64,000 nucleotides of DNA, from assembly GCA_963796275.1 (NCBI GenBank), contig CAWCKY010000006.1, positions 2,080,001 to 2,144,000 of the forward strand. The letters are read 5' to 3'. The position numbers and the translations under genes were made by a program. The notes beneath the pieces were generated by a model. That model worked only from the letters and a program-made list of their open reading frames with translations. It searched no databases and was not told the origin of the DNA. Positions 23,006 to 31,525 of the stretch are shown in pieces. Source of the DNA: an uncultured Acidobacteriota bacterium (GTDB taxonomy: Bacteria; Acidobacteriota; Blastocatellia; RBC074). How positions within the stretch are numbered: the first letter of the stretch is position 1; each line of letters starts with the position of its first letter.

Positions 23006-24076
23006 CTAGGTTTTCTTAGCGGGCGGTTGGCGGAATGCGCGCTCCACCATGTCGTTCGGGTCCGTAGACACCGGGCCATCGCGCCACAACCAGCGCATCA
23101 TCTCCGGCATGATCGCCCCGCCGAACTTCTGTCCGTGCAGATTCATGCCCCACGAATAGTTCACGTCATAACCCTTCTGCGAGAGAGCTTTCATCAGCCG
23201 CACGTTCTGGTGGAACCAATCACGTTTCTCGTCGTAAACGCCATTGCGGATGCCACGATTGTCATTGCGCCCGTCGCACAAAAAGATTCGGATCGGTTTC
23301 TTCTCGCTCGCTAGTACCTTTTCGGGATAGACGTGTCCGCCTCGAAGATTTACGAAACTGCCCACATTGCTCAACACCTTTCGGAAATGGTTGGGTCGCT
23401 CCCATGCGACCGTGAATGCGGCGATCGCGCCTGAACTCGAGCCGCCGATTCCGTGCATCTCAGGGTCCTTCGAAATGTTGTATTCCTTGTACAGCACCGG
23501 CATGAGTTCTTCGGTGATGACCCGCGCGTACTTATCATCGAGCGAGTTGTATTCGGTGGGACGGTTAGTCGTGCGATCCCCCCAGTTCTGCAGATTGGGT
23601 TCGGGTTGCTCGGGGGTGCGCCCCGGATTGATGAACACTCCGATCATCACCGGAATCTCGCGCCGATAGATCAAATTATCCATCACGTGCTGCGCCCGCA
23701 TATCCCCGTTCTCGTCTTTGAAGGCCTGACCATCCTGATAAATCATCAGGGCAGCCGGTACCGCCGGATCGTATTGCGCCGGCACGTAGACCCAATACGT
23801 GTGCTGAGTCCCGGAGTAGACCTCGCTGGGAATCGTGTACGGTCCGCGTATCTCGCCTTTCGGGACGCCCTCCTGCGGCAACGAGTCGGGTCCCAGCCGG
23901 TATTGCGAATTCGGATTCGCACCCGGCGGCATCGGTTGCTGGCCACCGCCTCTTGTCCCTTGCTGTCCCGGGCTCTGTTGTCCGGGAGTTGTTTGCGGCG
24001 CGGGGACCTGCGCGAAAACCATAGCCGCTGCTACCGCAATCACTAAACTTATGGCGTAAATTGACGTTTTTCTCAT
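23006..24076 (-). CDS. Exported alpha/beta-hydrolase esterase (enterochelin esterase-like)
   Basis: [13 protein letters not shown], nucleophile elbow GGSSSG, signal peptide plus Q/P/G-rich linker. Confidence 0.85.
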   Translation of the reverse strand: MRKTSIYAISLVIAVAAAMVFAQVPAPQTTPGQQSPGQQGTRGGGQQPMPPGANPNSQYRLGPDSLPQEGVPKGEIRGPYTIPSEVYSGTQHTYWVYVPAQYDPAVPAALMIYQDGQAFKDENGDMRAQHVMDNLIYRREIPVMIGVFINPGRTPEQPEPNLQNWGDRTTNRPTEYNSLDDKYARVITEELMPVLYKEYNISKDPEMHGIGGSSSGAIAAFTVAWERPNHFRKVLSNVGSFVNLRGGHVYPEKVLASEKKPIRIFLCDGRNDNRGIRNGVYDEKRDWFHQNVRLMKALSQKGYDVNYSWGMNLHGQKFGGAIMPEMMRWLWRDGPVSTDPNDMVERAFRQPPAKKT

Positions 24077-24187
24077 ATGAAAACCTCATTCTGGAGATAT
24101 GCCTTGGCGGCTGACTGAGTAATGCGTACGTCCGGCGAATTCAGCCCGACGGAATGTTTGCATGAACTCGAAAAACTTTGGTCGAAA

Positions 24188-24214
24188 TGTCGAAATTGCT
24201 CCTCGATGCGCGTC
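24188..24214 (+). promoter_or_regulatory. Candidate ECF42/ECF41-type promoter upstream of a YciI/DGPF remnant
   Basis: TGTCGA-N17-CGTC. Confidence 0.45.
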
Positions 24215-24278
24215 ATAATTGTGAGGCCATCCTGATGTCAGGACATTTAAAATCAGGTCTCGTAAAGCAGGTGAGACG

Positions 24279-24378
24279 GAAACAAAAAGGCAAAAGGCGG
24301 CACAAAGAGAGCAAAATTTAGGAATTTTACCTATTTGCCAATTTATCTTTTTCTTTTTCTATTTGCCTTTTTTGTCTC
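24279..24378. repeat. A/T-rich imperfect inverted-repeat element
   Basis: GAAACAAAAAGGCAAAA...TTTGCCTTTTTTGTCTC arms. Confidence 0.5.
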
Positions 24379-24402
24379 CCAGAATGAAAAGACACAAAAC
24401 AT

Positions 24403-24583
24403 TATGAAATACGCATTGCTGGTTTACCAGTCACAGGAAGCCATCGACAACCGGGATAATGCCGCCTCGGTGGCAGCTGGGAAAGCCTACGGTGAGGCGC
24501 TTCAAGCAGCGGGGGACTCTGCTTCTTGGCTTCTTGCCATATTTCCTGGATGCCTTCATCTCACGTTTCCCTATGAGACTTGA
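24403..24583 (+). pseudogene. Truncated YciI/DGPF-family gene (N-terminus only)
   Basis: MKYALLVYQSQE...AYGEALQAAG is a typical YciI start. Similarity is then lost and the DGPF motif is absent. Confidence 0.6.
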
Positions 24584-25607
24584 CCTTCAGCAACCCGAGC
24601 CGAACCAGGCTTTCAGCGGAGGCGACGATTGCCTCCTCGTTCGAACGAGGCGACCAGCCCAGCACGCGCCTGGCCTTTTCGTTGGTCGCATTCTTCATCT
24701 TGCCGAGTTCGGGCAGGATCTGCCGAACTGCCGGATCACGCAATGCGGCGAGGCGAACCAGCCAGTCGGGCAGTTGTAAGGTAGGCACTTTTTTGGCCAA
24801 TGCGCCCATGCGGCGATGCAGCACCCCGGCGATGTCGCGAATCAACATGAAGTCGCCGGCGACAGCGAGGAAACGTTCGCCCTTCGCGGCCGGGTGAGTC
24901 ATGGCTCTGATATGAAGGTCGGCAACGTCTCGCACATCTACGACGCCGAAATAGAGCCGCGGGCAGCCGGGCATGGCGCCATCCATCAGCCGCTGCACGA
25001 TGAGTATAGATGTCGAATAATCGGGATCCAGAACCGGGCCAAAAACTCCCACCGGATTGACGACGGAAAGCTCGAGGCCGCCGCCTTCGTTGGTTATAAA
25101 GTCCCAGGCGGCTCGTTCAGCCAAAGTTTTGGATTTCACGTAAGGAAGCACGTCATCGCCGTTGGGGTCTGTCCAACTCGTCTCGTCGAATGGCATTTTC
25201 TGCGGCTTCTTGCCATAGCCGATCGCTGCGAAAGAGGAGGTCAGCACCACTCGCTTGATGCCGGCTTCACGCGACGCGCGCAGCACGCGGAGCGTCCCTT
25301 CGCGGGCGGGCACGATCAGCTCGTCCTCGTGTCTGGGGATATTCGGGGGAAATGGCGATGCCACGTGAAGCACGTAGTCGCAACCGGCGACAGCTTCCGA
25401 CCAGCCTGCGTCGTTTTCAAGATCGGCAGCGATAAAGGACAAGCGGTCGCCCGCCTCGGCGCCGCCCTCCTTCAGCATTGCGCGCACGTCGCGCTCGCGC
25501 TTCAAGCTCCGAACCGTAGTGCGCACCCGATGGCCTGCAGCCAGGAGCTGCAGAATTGAATGGCTGCCGATGAAACCGGAGCCGCCAGTTACCAGAATTG
25601 TGCTCAT
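24561..25607 (-). CDS. NAD(P)-dependent epimerase/aldehyde reductase (extended SDR)
   Basis: LVTGGSGFIG, VLHVASP, VVLTSS, YVKSK, VDVRDVA. Confidence 0.92.
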   Translation of the reverse strand: MSTILVTGGSGFIGSHSILQLLAAGHRVRTTVRSLKRERDVRAMLKEGGAEAGDRLSFIAADLENDAGWSEAVAGCDYVLHVASPFPPNIPRHEDELIVPAREGTLRVLRASREAGIKRVVLTSSFAAIGYGKKPQKMPFDETSWTDPNGDDVLPYVKSKTLAERAAWDFITNEGGGLELSVVNPVGVFGPVLDPDYSTSILIVQRLMDGAMPGCPRLYFGVVDVRDVADLHIRAMTHPAAKGERFLAVAGDFMLIRDIAGVLHRRMGALAKKVPTLQLPDWLVRLAALRDPAVRQILPELGKMKNATNEKARRVLGWSPRSNEEAIVASAESLVRLGLLKVKSHRET

Positions 25608-25643
25608 CGCCTCCTCCTCATTATTCAGTCGTATTTTGAGGAA

Positions 25644-26018
25644 ATGCTACCAGTAAATCTAAATTCAAAGAAACGGAAATCTGCTTGTTTGCGGAGTTGA
25701 ACAATTACTAAGCAGACGTCATGGGCATCCGATGCTGTGTGGAAGTTGATCTATTATCGCGACCCGGAACGCTTATGGAAGATAACTAAGGCGTTAGTGA
25801 TAGCTGCACCAGACGAACGGACCCTCGCCTATATTGGGGTTGGTGCGCTTGAAGACCTGTTATCGAGGCACGGAGAGCAGTTCATTGAGCTGATCGAGCA
25901 GCAAGCAGCCGTTGATGCGAAGTTCAGGTTTTGCCTGGCAGGGGTCTGGCGATCGAGAATGAGCGAGGAATTATGGCAACGTGTGACTGCAGCTCTCGGT
26001 AGTCAAGAGAGATATTAA
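25644..26018 (+). pseudogene. DUF6869-like small protein with an in-frame TGA at codon 19 (intact part 25737-26018)
   Basis: DPERLW...LAYIGVGALEDLLSRHG..FI.LIE..A..D..FR..L.GVW motif. GAGGA-preceded ATG 25644 is in frame but interrupted by TGA. Confidence 0.5.
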
Positions 26019-26040
26019 TTCGACAATGTCACATTATCAC

Positions 26041-26922
26041 TCATTTACTTCCCTGCCGATCCCGGCGCTCAAGTAGGATAAGACCAGCCGCAATAATAAA
26101 TCCGGCTCCGACTATCGTAGCTGCCCCCGGAATTTCATCGAAGACAAGGTAGCCGATGAGCGTGGTGCCGATCAGTTCTATATAAACGAGCGGGGCAAGC
26201 GTCGATGCATCCGCAAGACGGAAAGCGGCGATCGAAAGAATATGACCGATGGAGGAGAACAAGCCCAACCCGACGAAAAAGAACAGATCATCCCATGACG
26301 GTGCGGACCAATATGCAAAGGCTTGTGGCGTCAGTAGCGCCATGCCGACGACGCACTGAAATGCCAGAGTTTTTACGGGATCGCTTTCCCGCGCGGCTTC
26401 CCGGGTGGCGATTAAATAAAACGCAAAAGAAACGCCTGCCCCTAGCGCCAGCAGAACTCCCATATTCATCGAACCGCCGGGTCGGAGAATGACAATGGAA
26501 CCGACAAACCCCAAGACGAGACTGAGAGCTTTCCGAAATGTCATGCGCTCCTTGAGCAGGGTAACCGAGAGCACAATTGCTATGATTGGTCCGACAAAAG
26601 AGGTGCTGGCCGCTGTAGCAAGCGGTATGCGTACGATGGAGAGGAAGTAGAGCGTCATCGCCGTAACCAAGAACACGGTTCGGAGGACATGCATGGTCCG
26701 CCGTTCCGCCGGAAATAAGCGAGGTCCGTGAATGGCTGCCGCGAATGGTAGAACGATAATGCAAGCGACCGCATATCTCGCCCAGCTAATAAAAAGCGGA
26801 GAATAACTGACGCTTAGATACTTAGCCAATCCGTCCACGAGTGGGATGGCAAGCATTGCGACGGTCATTAGCAAGACACCCTGCGTCTGGCGCGAAGAGT
26901 TAATCGAATTCGTTGGTGCCAT
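26041..26922 (-). CDS. DMT/EamA family transporter
   Basis: About ten TM segments, KYLS..YSPLFISWARY, LLKER, ILRPG, AS.LAP..Y, GYLVFDEIP. Confidence 0.9.
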   Translation of the reverse strand: MAPTNSINSSRQTQGVLLMTVAMLAIPLVDGLAKYLSVSYSPLFISWARYAVACIIVLPFAAAIHGPRLFPAERRTMHVLRTVFLVTAMTLYFLSIVRIPLATAASTSFVGPIIAIVLSVTLLKERMTFRKALSLVLGFVGSIVILRPGGSMNMGVLLALGAGVSFAFYLIATREAARESDPVKTLAFQCVVGMALLTPQAFAYWSAPSWDDLFFFVGLGLFSSIGHILSIAAFRLADASTLAPLVYIELIGTTLIGYLVFDEIPGAATIVGAGFIIAAGLILLERRDRQGSK

Positions 26923-27286
26923 TATCAGAGTTCCATCAGTCTGCCGCAGGCTTCAGCGATAGCTGGTTTACGTCGGCGGGCTTGCCTCAGTTTCAGCAAT
27001 GCTCGGGGAATTATGAAAGACGAAAACAAGTAGGGTTTCATTTCATTGGGGGTAAATCATCGAAGGTGATCCGATTTTGGATTATGTAGATGCGCATCGC
27101 ATATCCGGCTTGTCGCCCAAAAAAGCGGACGGCTGTTTGTATTACAGAATTGGCGCTTGCACAAGACTACCTGAGTCGAATTAGGTGGCCGCATCAAGGA
27201 TTACAAAAGTCAGCGTTATCAGAAAATTTTCGACACTTATTGAGCTTCAGGCATTCAGTTTTACAAAGATTGCCTGCTTCGCTTCC

Positions 27287-27440
27287 GCCGCGTCGCGACG
27301 CTAGGGATGTAGCCACGTTTCAACGCCTTGTCATTGCCCAAACTTTCGCACGAAATGAACCCTCTTCGTCGCTACGCGACGATGGATGCCGGTGCCGGCG
27401 TTGAAACGCCGGATTAGACTCATCCCTGCCGCTACGCGGC
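27287..27440. repeat. Degenerate composite palindromic (REP-like) element, family C
   Basis: GCCGCGTCGCGAC..CGTTTCAACGCC...CGTCGCTACGCGACG...GGCGTTGAAACG..GCCGCTACGCGGC nested inverted repeats. Confidence 0.6.
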
Positions 27441-27621
27441 AATTCGGCATGGGCGTTAAACGACCAATCTGAATGTCAATAACTGAAATGGAACTAGTCG
27501 CAGACTTGCCATCTTTTATATAGTGAGCAGAATATCAAGAGTATCGAATAGTTGTTCCATGAAGCGCGCGGGGCAATGCGCGCTTTGTTTGCAGAAATTA
27601 TTTTTAAATCAGCGGGAATAG

Positions 27622-28221
27622 TTGGCAACGCGCTCCCGCGGATTCCAGAGGAGGGTGCCCGTGAGAAGAGAAACGGATGAAGAACTTCAAGGTCGGAATG
27701 TGTTGAGCATTCTGCGCAAGCGCGCGGTAATCATCATTGCATTACTGATCCTCGTCGTAGCCGGCGCCGCGGGCCTCTGGCTTCTACGCGGCTTTCCGCG
27801 CGCTGAAAGTTCGAACCTCAACGCGCCGCCACTGATTGCCGGGCAACCTCCCGGGCAAACTTCATCCGCGGGGCAAGTTTCAGGTGAAGTTAAAAATGGG
27901 CAGAAAAATCCGGCCGTCTCGAGATCTCGGCTATCATCTAAATCCAATCAGGTTAGCGTGCAATCGGTAACGATCACTCTCAGCAATAGAGGTTACCAGC
28001 CTGACAACTTCACCTTACAAAAAGGCGTTCCGGCGCGCGTCACGTTCGTTCGCACCGACGACAATATTTGCGGAGCCGAGATCGTAATATCTGAATACAA
28101 CATAAAGCGCGAACTACCGCTAAACCAGCCCGTAGTCGTCGAGTTTACACCTGCGAAAACCGGCGATTTCAAATTTGCCTGCGGGATGGACATGATGAGT
28201 GGCAAAATTATTGTGCAGTAA
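27622..28221 (+). CDS. Membrane-anchored cupredoxin-domain protein (CupA/EfeO-like)
   Basis: TM helix, linker, GYQP..FTLQKGVP, CG.EIV, FACGMDMMSG. Start uncertain (GTG 27661 or 27700 possible). Confidence 0.8.
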   Translation: MATRSRGFQRRVPVRRETDEELQGRNVLSILRKRAVIIIALLILVVAGAAGLWLLRGFPRAESSNLNAPPLIAGQPPGQTSSAGQVSGEVKNGQKNPAVSRSRLSSKSNQVSVQSVTITLSNRGYQPDNFTLQKGVPARVTFVRTDDNICGAEIVISEYNIKRELPLNQPVVVEFTPAKTGDFKFACGMDMMSGKIIVQ

Positions 28222-28250
28222 TGTTGCGTCACTGGCGCTCACAATTCTGC

Positions 28251-28847
28251 TCAACTGTTTTGTAATTCACGCCAACCGACTTTCCGCAACCATTGCTGAT
28301 ATTCATGCTCTCGTCTGGCCCGCGTCTCAGGGGCAGGCGGCTCGCTCCAGCCTGCTTGATTCAGCTGTTCGGCGAGTGACTCGAGGCCGACAGCCTGGCG
28401 TCTTTCGTCTAGCTTCTCGGGCTCTTCTATCTCGCAAGGGGTGGGCCAACCATCTTCCCCGATCTCAAACTGCGTGGCGTACCGCTGGGGCTTTCCTTCG
28501 AAAACTCTGATACGGTCTTCGAGATATGCGGCCTGCCATGCCGGGACATCACCGGCAGCGGCTGCATTTTGCAACAACACAAGACACATGCGCTGAAAGG
28601 GCGGTTCACCGATAGCGTGCTGAGCGATGAGCCATGCGGCCTTTGCGCCATCCGCTCCGGCCAGATGATGTCCCGGCCACCCGTGCGCATCTATGATCGC
28701 GCGCAACCGTGCGGCGTTGCGACGATGAACTTCTTCCATTCGGGGATGATAGCCATCGAATAGAGATCCATCGGCAGCCAGTTCGGCTCGCACGCGAAGG
28801 TCTTCTTCTTCCATAAACAAAAGCTCATCTCGGAGCTGTTTGGTCAT
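28251..28847 (-). CDS. DUF6624-family protein
   Basis: [46 protein letters not shown]. Confidence 0.75.
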   Translation of the reverse strand: MTKQLRDELLFMEEEDLRVRAELAADGSLFDGYHPRMEEVHRRNAARLRAIIDAHGWPGHHLAGADGAKAAWLIAQHAIGEPPFQRMCLVLLQNAAAAGDVPAWQAAYLEDRIRVFEGKPQRYATQFEIGEDGWPTPCEIEEPEKLDERRQAVGLESLAEQLNQAGWSEPPAPETRARREHEYQQWLRKVGWRELQNS

Positions 28848-28870
28848 TTTCTTCCTCAGGTCATTCCTCG

Positions 28871-28905
28871 GTGCCCCGTGCCCCGTGCCCCGTGCCCCGT
28901 GCCCC
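28871..28905. repeat. Perfect heptamer tandem repeat (GTGCCCC)x5
   Basis: Directly visible between the ECF stop and the DUF6624 start. Confidence 0.95.
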
Positions 28906-28910
28906 GGGTT

Positions 28911-29489
28911 TCAGCTGGTGCCGGCATCTTTGCTCAACTCGCGCCGCAACCAGGCTTTTGCCAGCGTCCATTCGCGCCTCACGGTGGTCGGTGAAATCCC
29001 CAGCAATTCGGCGGTCTCTTCGATGCTCAGCCCGCCGAAATACCGCAGCTCTACGATTCGGCTTTTGCGCGCGTCTAGTTCGGCCAGCGTACTTAGCGCC
29101 TCATCCAGTTCGACCAGGCCCGAATCGCTCGGATGAGTCAATATGAGTGCTTCATCGAGAGCAACCTTTGTTTGTCCGCCTCCGCGTTTATCCCGCCGTT
29201 TGGCGCGTGCGTGATCGACCAGTATGTGGCGCATGACCTGGGCGGCCAGCGCGAAAAAGTGCGCCTTATTTTGCCAATCGACTGGATTTTGACCGGCCAG
29301 CTTCAAGTAGGCTTCGTGAACGAGCGCAGTGGGTTGCAAGGTATGCCCGGTGCGTTCGGTTTGAAGCTGCCACGCGGCGAGCCGCCGCAGATCATCATAA
29401 ACCAGCTCCATCAACCTCTCGAACGCTTCTGCTCGCCCGTCGCGGTACTGATCGAGCAGCAGGCTGATCTCAGATGAGTTTGTTGACAT
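28911..29489 (-). CDS. ECF sigma factor, TIGR02999-type (kinase-associated)
   Basis: [69 protein letters not shown]. Confidence 0.92.
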   Translation of the reverse strand: MSTNSSEISLLLDQYRDGRAEAFERLMELVYDDLRRLAAWQLQTERTGHTLQPTALVHEAYLKLAGQNPVDWQNKAHFFALAAQVMRHILVDHARAKRRDKRGGGQTKVALDEALILTHPSDSGLVELDEALSTLAELDARKSRIVELRYFGGLSIEETAELLGISPTTVRREWTLAKAWLRRELSKDAGTS

Positions 29490-29520
29490 AACTCCTCAAA
29501 AATCGCTTGGAGTTCCTCGT

Positions 29521-30230
29521 TTGGAGTTCCGCGTTTACGCGGTCCTCCTTTCCGCATATGTTTCTGACCGCCTGAAGGCGGAACTCCAAACATCGCGCTT
29601 GAGAATTCGCTTGTAGTTCCGCGTTTACGCGGTCTTTTCATTCCGCACATGATGTTCTGACCGCCTGAAGGCGGAACTCCAAACATCGCGCTTGAGAATT
29701 CGCTTGGAGTTCCGCGTTTACGCGGTCCTCCTTTCCGCATATGTTTCTGACCGCCTGAAGGCGGAACTCCAAACATCGCGCTTGAGAATTCGCTTGTAGT
29801 TCCGCGTTTACGCGGTCTTTTCATTCCGCACATGATGTTCTGACCGCCTGAAGGCGGAACTCCAAACATCGCGCTTGAGAATTCGCTTGGAGTTCCGCGT
29901 TTACGCGGTCCTCCTTTCCGCATATGTTTCTGACCGCCTGAAGGCGGAACTCCAAACATCGCGCTTGAGAATTCGCTTGGAGTTCCGCGTTTACGCGGTC
30001 TTTTCATTCCGCACATGACGTTCTGACCGCCTGAAGGCGGAACTCCAAACATCGCGCTTGAGAATTCGCTTGGAGTTCCGCGTTTACGCGGTCCTCCTTT
30101 CCGCATATGTTTCTGACCGCCTGAAGGCGGAACTCCAAACATCGCGCTTGAGAATTCGTTTGGAGTTCCGCGTTTATGCGGTCTTTTCATTCCGTACATG
30201 ATGTTCTGATCGCCTGAAGGCGGAACTCCA
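29521..30230. repeat. BIME/REPIN-like tandem array: 8 REP-doublet units alternating 90/93 bp (183-bp dimer x4), family A
   Basis: Each unit is TTG(G/T)AGTTCCGCGTTTACGCGGTC-linker-GACCGCCTGAAGGCGGAACTCCAAA. Unit starts at 29521, 29611, 29704, 29794, 29887, 29977, 30070, 30160. Confidence 0.92.
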
Positions 30231-30341
30231 GGCGTTATCGCGTTTACTGAATGAATAATTTTCGTGGCAGAAAACCGCGGATTGAAGGTCTGCGCATAAA
30301 CGGCGCAGCCTATGCATTCCGCCGTTGACTGGCGAATTACC

Positions 30342-30419
30342 GGTCAACGGCGGAGCAGTATAAGCCGCAAGTAACACGTTGTCGAAGCCGGCGATCGCAA
30401 CATCTTCGGGAATACTCAA
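30342..30419 (-). pseudogene. Remnant of a LacI-family regulator C-terminus
   Basis: IPEDVAIAGFDNVLLAAYTAPPLT matches the LacI sensor-domain signature; no HTH upstream. Confidence 0.65.
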
Positions 30420-30444
30420 TCATCCATGTAATGTGCCGGGTATC

Positions 30445-30690
30445 CGTCCGATCTTACCCCAGATTGCTGACGACCTCGGCTACGCCGACAAAGGCTCTCG
30501 TAACGCGCCATTACGTGGGTTCAAAGCGCAGACCTGGGAGAGCGGCGTCCGAGTTCATTTATCGTTCAATGGAAAGGAAAAATTCCGGAAGAAAGGTCCA
30601 GGCTGACCCGGTTATTCAGCTCGATGTTTGCCAACCGCATTGGCAGCGGCAGGATCCGAGATCAAATCGGAATGGAACTCGACGGGTCAA
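30445..30690 (+). pseudogene. Internally deleted, frameshifted arylsulfatase remnant
   Basis: IADDLGYAD joined directly to GSRNAPLRGFKAQTWESGVRV. FIVQWKGKIP and DPVIQLDV follow in other frames. Catalytic CxPxR missing. Confidence 0.7.
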
Positions 30691-30763
30691 CAATAAGTTC
30701 ATTTGAAATTGGTGGGGGAGGGAAGCTGATGAACATGCTAATACTAATGCAGGCTCATAAATC

Positions 30764-30872
30764 GCAGAGGCGCAGAGAACGCTGAGGAAACGCAAAGGGG
30801 GAGTGAGAGAAGAGCGACATTGTGGGCTTCCTCTTCGTCTCAGCGTTTTCTCAACGTTCTCTGCGCCTATGC
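30764..30872. repeat. Imperfect long inverted-repeat element, family D
   Basis: GCAGAGGCGCAGAGAACGCTGAGGAAACGC...GCGTTTTCTCAACGTTCTCTGCGCCTATGC. Confidence 0.65.
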
Positions 30873-30877
30873 AACTA

Positions 30878-30916
30878 GGGCACTGGGGGCACAGGGGGCA
30901 TTGGGCACTGGGGCAC
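30878..30916. repeat. Degenerate GGGGCAC repeat (five G-tracts)
   Basis: GGGCACT GGGGGCACA GGGGGCATT GGGCACT GGGGCAC; reverse-complement sense of 28871-28905. Confidence 0.6.
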
Positions 30917-31525
30917 TTTTATCGCCGATGCCACCCTCTTCTTATTTGGAGAATGTGCATCGGATTGAGCGATTAAGAAGGTTCACTGCTTTCAACGGCT
31001 ATTGGAATATATTTGAATCAGCAACTGCTGTTTTGACACGCAGCTCCTCGACCGGCGAGGGCACTATACGCCGGCCGTTGACGTTTAACTCCATTCAAAG
31101 TGCAATATTGGGACACGTTATTCATGATTTTTCGAACGCCTGAAAGCTCTCGCGAGCGGCAAGCATTCGCTCTTTCGATACTTTGATAAGCAAAGAGCGT
31201 GCCCAACCTAAATGCTGGATTTATGGCAGAGACGGATAAGCGAGTGGGTCGAATTACTCACTGGGTGGGGAAATTTGCTCACTCAGATGGATCCCAGCCG
31301 AGCACGATGCGATGCCCTGCGATGACCGGTTCCTAATGATCAGGGATCACCTGTTGGCCAGAGTCATCAGAACATTAACCGCGTGCTTAGTATTGCTCAG
31401 ATTGACAAGCCGGGCTCAATCGGCAGGTAGGAATATTTTGCATGACTTGCGGAAATTTCCTCATGATGGCGATCACGGACATTGTATAGCCATCAATCTC
31501 GCCAGACACAATGCCCTTCAGCGTT

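Noticed and set aside
27090-27404. 104-aa ORF
   Set aside because: No motif, and it runs through a palindromic repeat element; probably non-coding.
29411-30199. 262-aa repeat protein ORF (FGVPPSGG repeats) or RiPP precursor
   Set aside because: By-product of REP units whose lengths are multiples of 3. It overlaps the ECF start out of frame, the same peptide appears at the 58 kb array, and no modifying enzymes are nearby.
29521-30230. CRISPR array
   Set aside because: Would-be spacers are identical alternating linkers, repeats are paired inverted REPs, and no cas genes are present.
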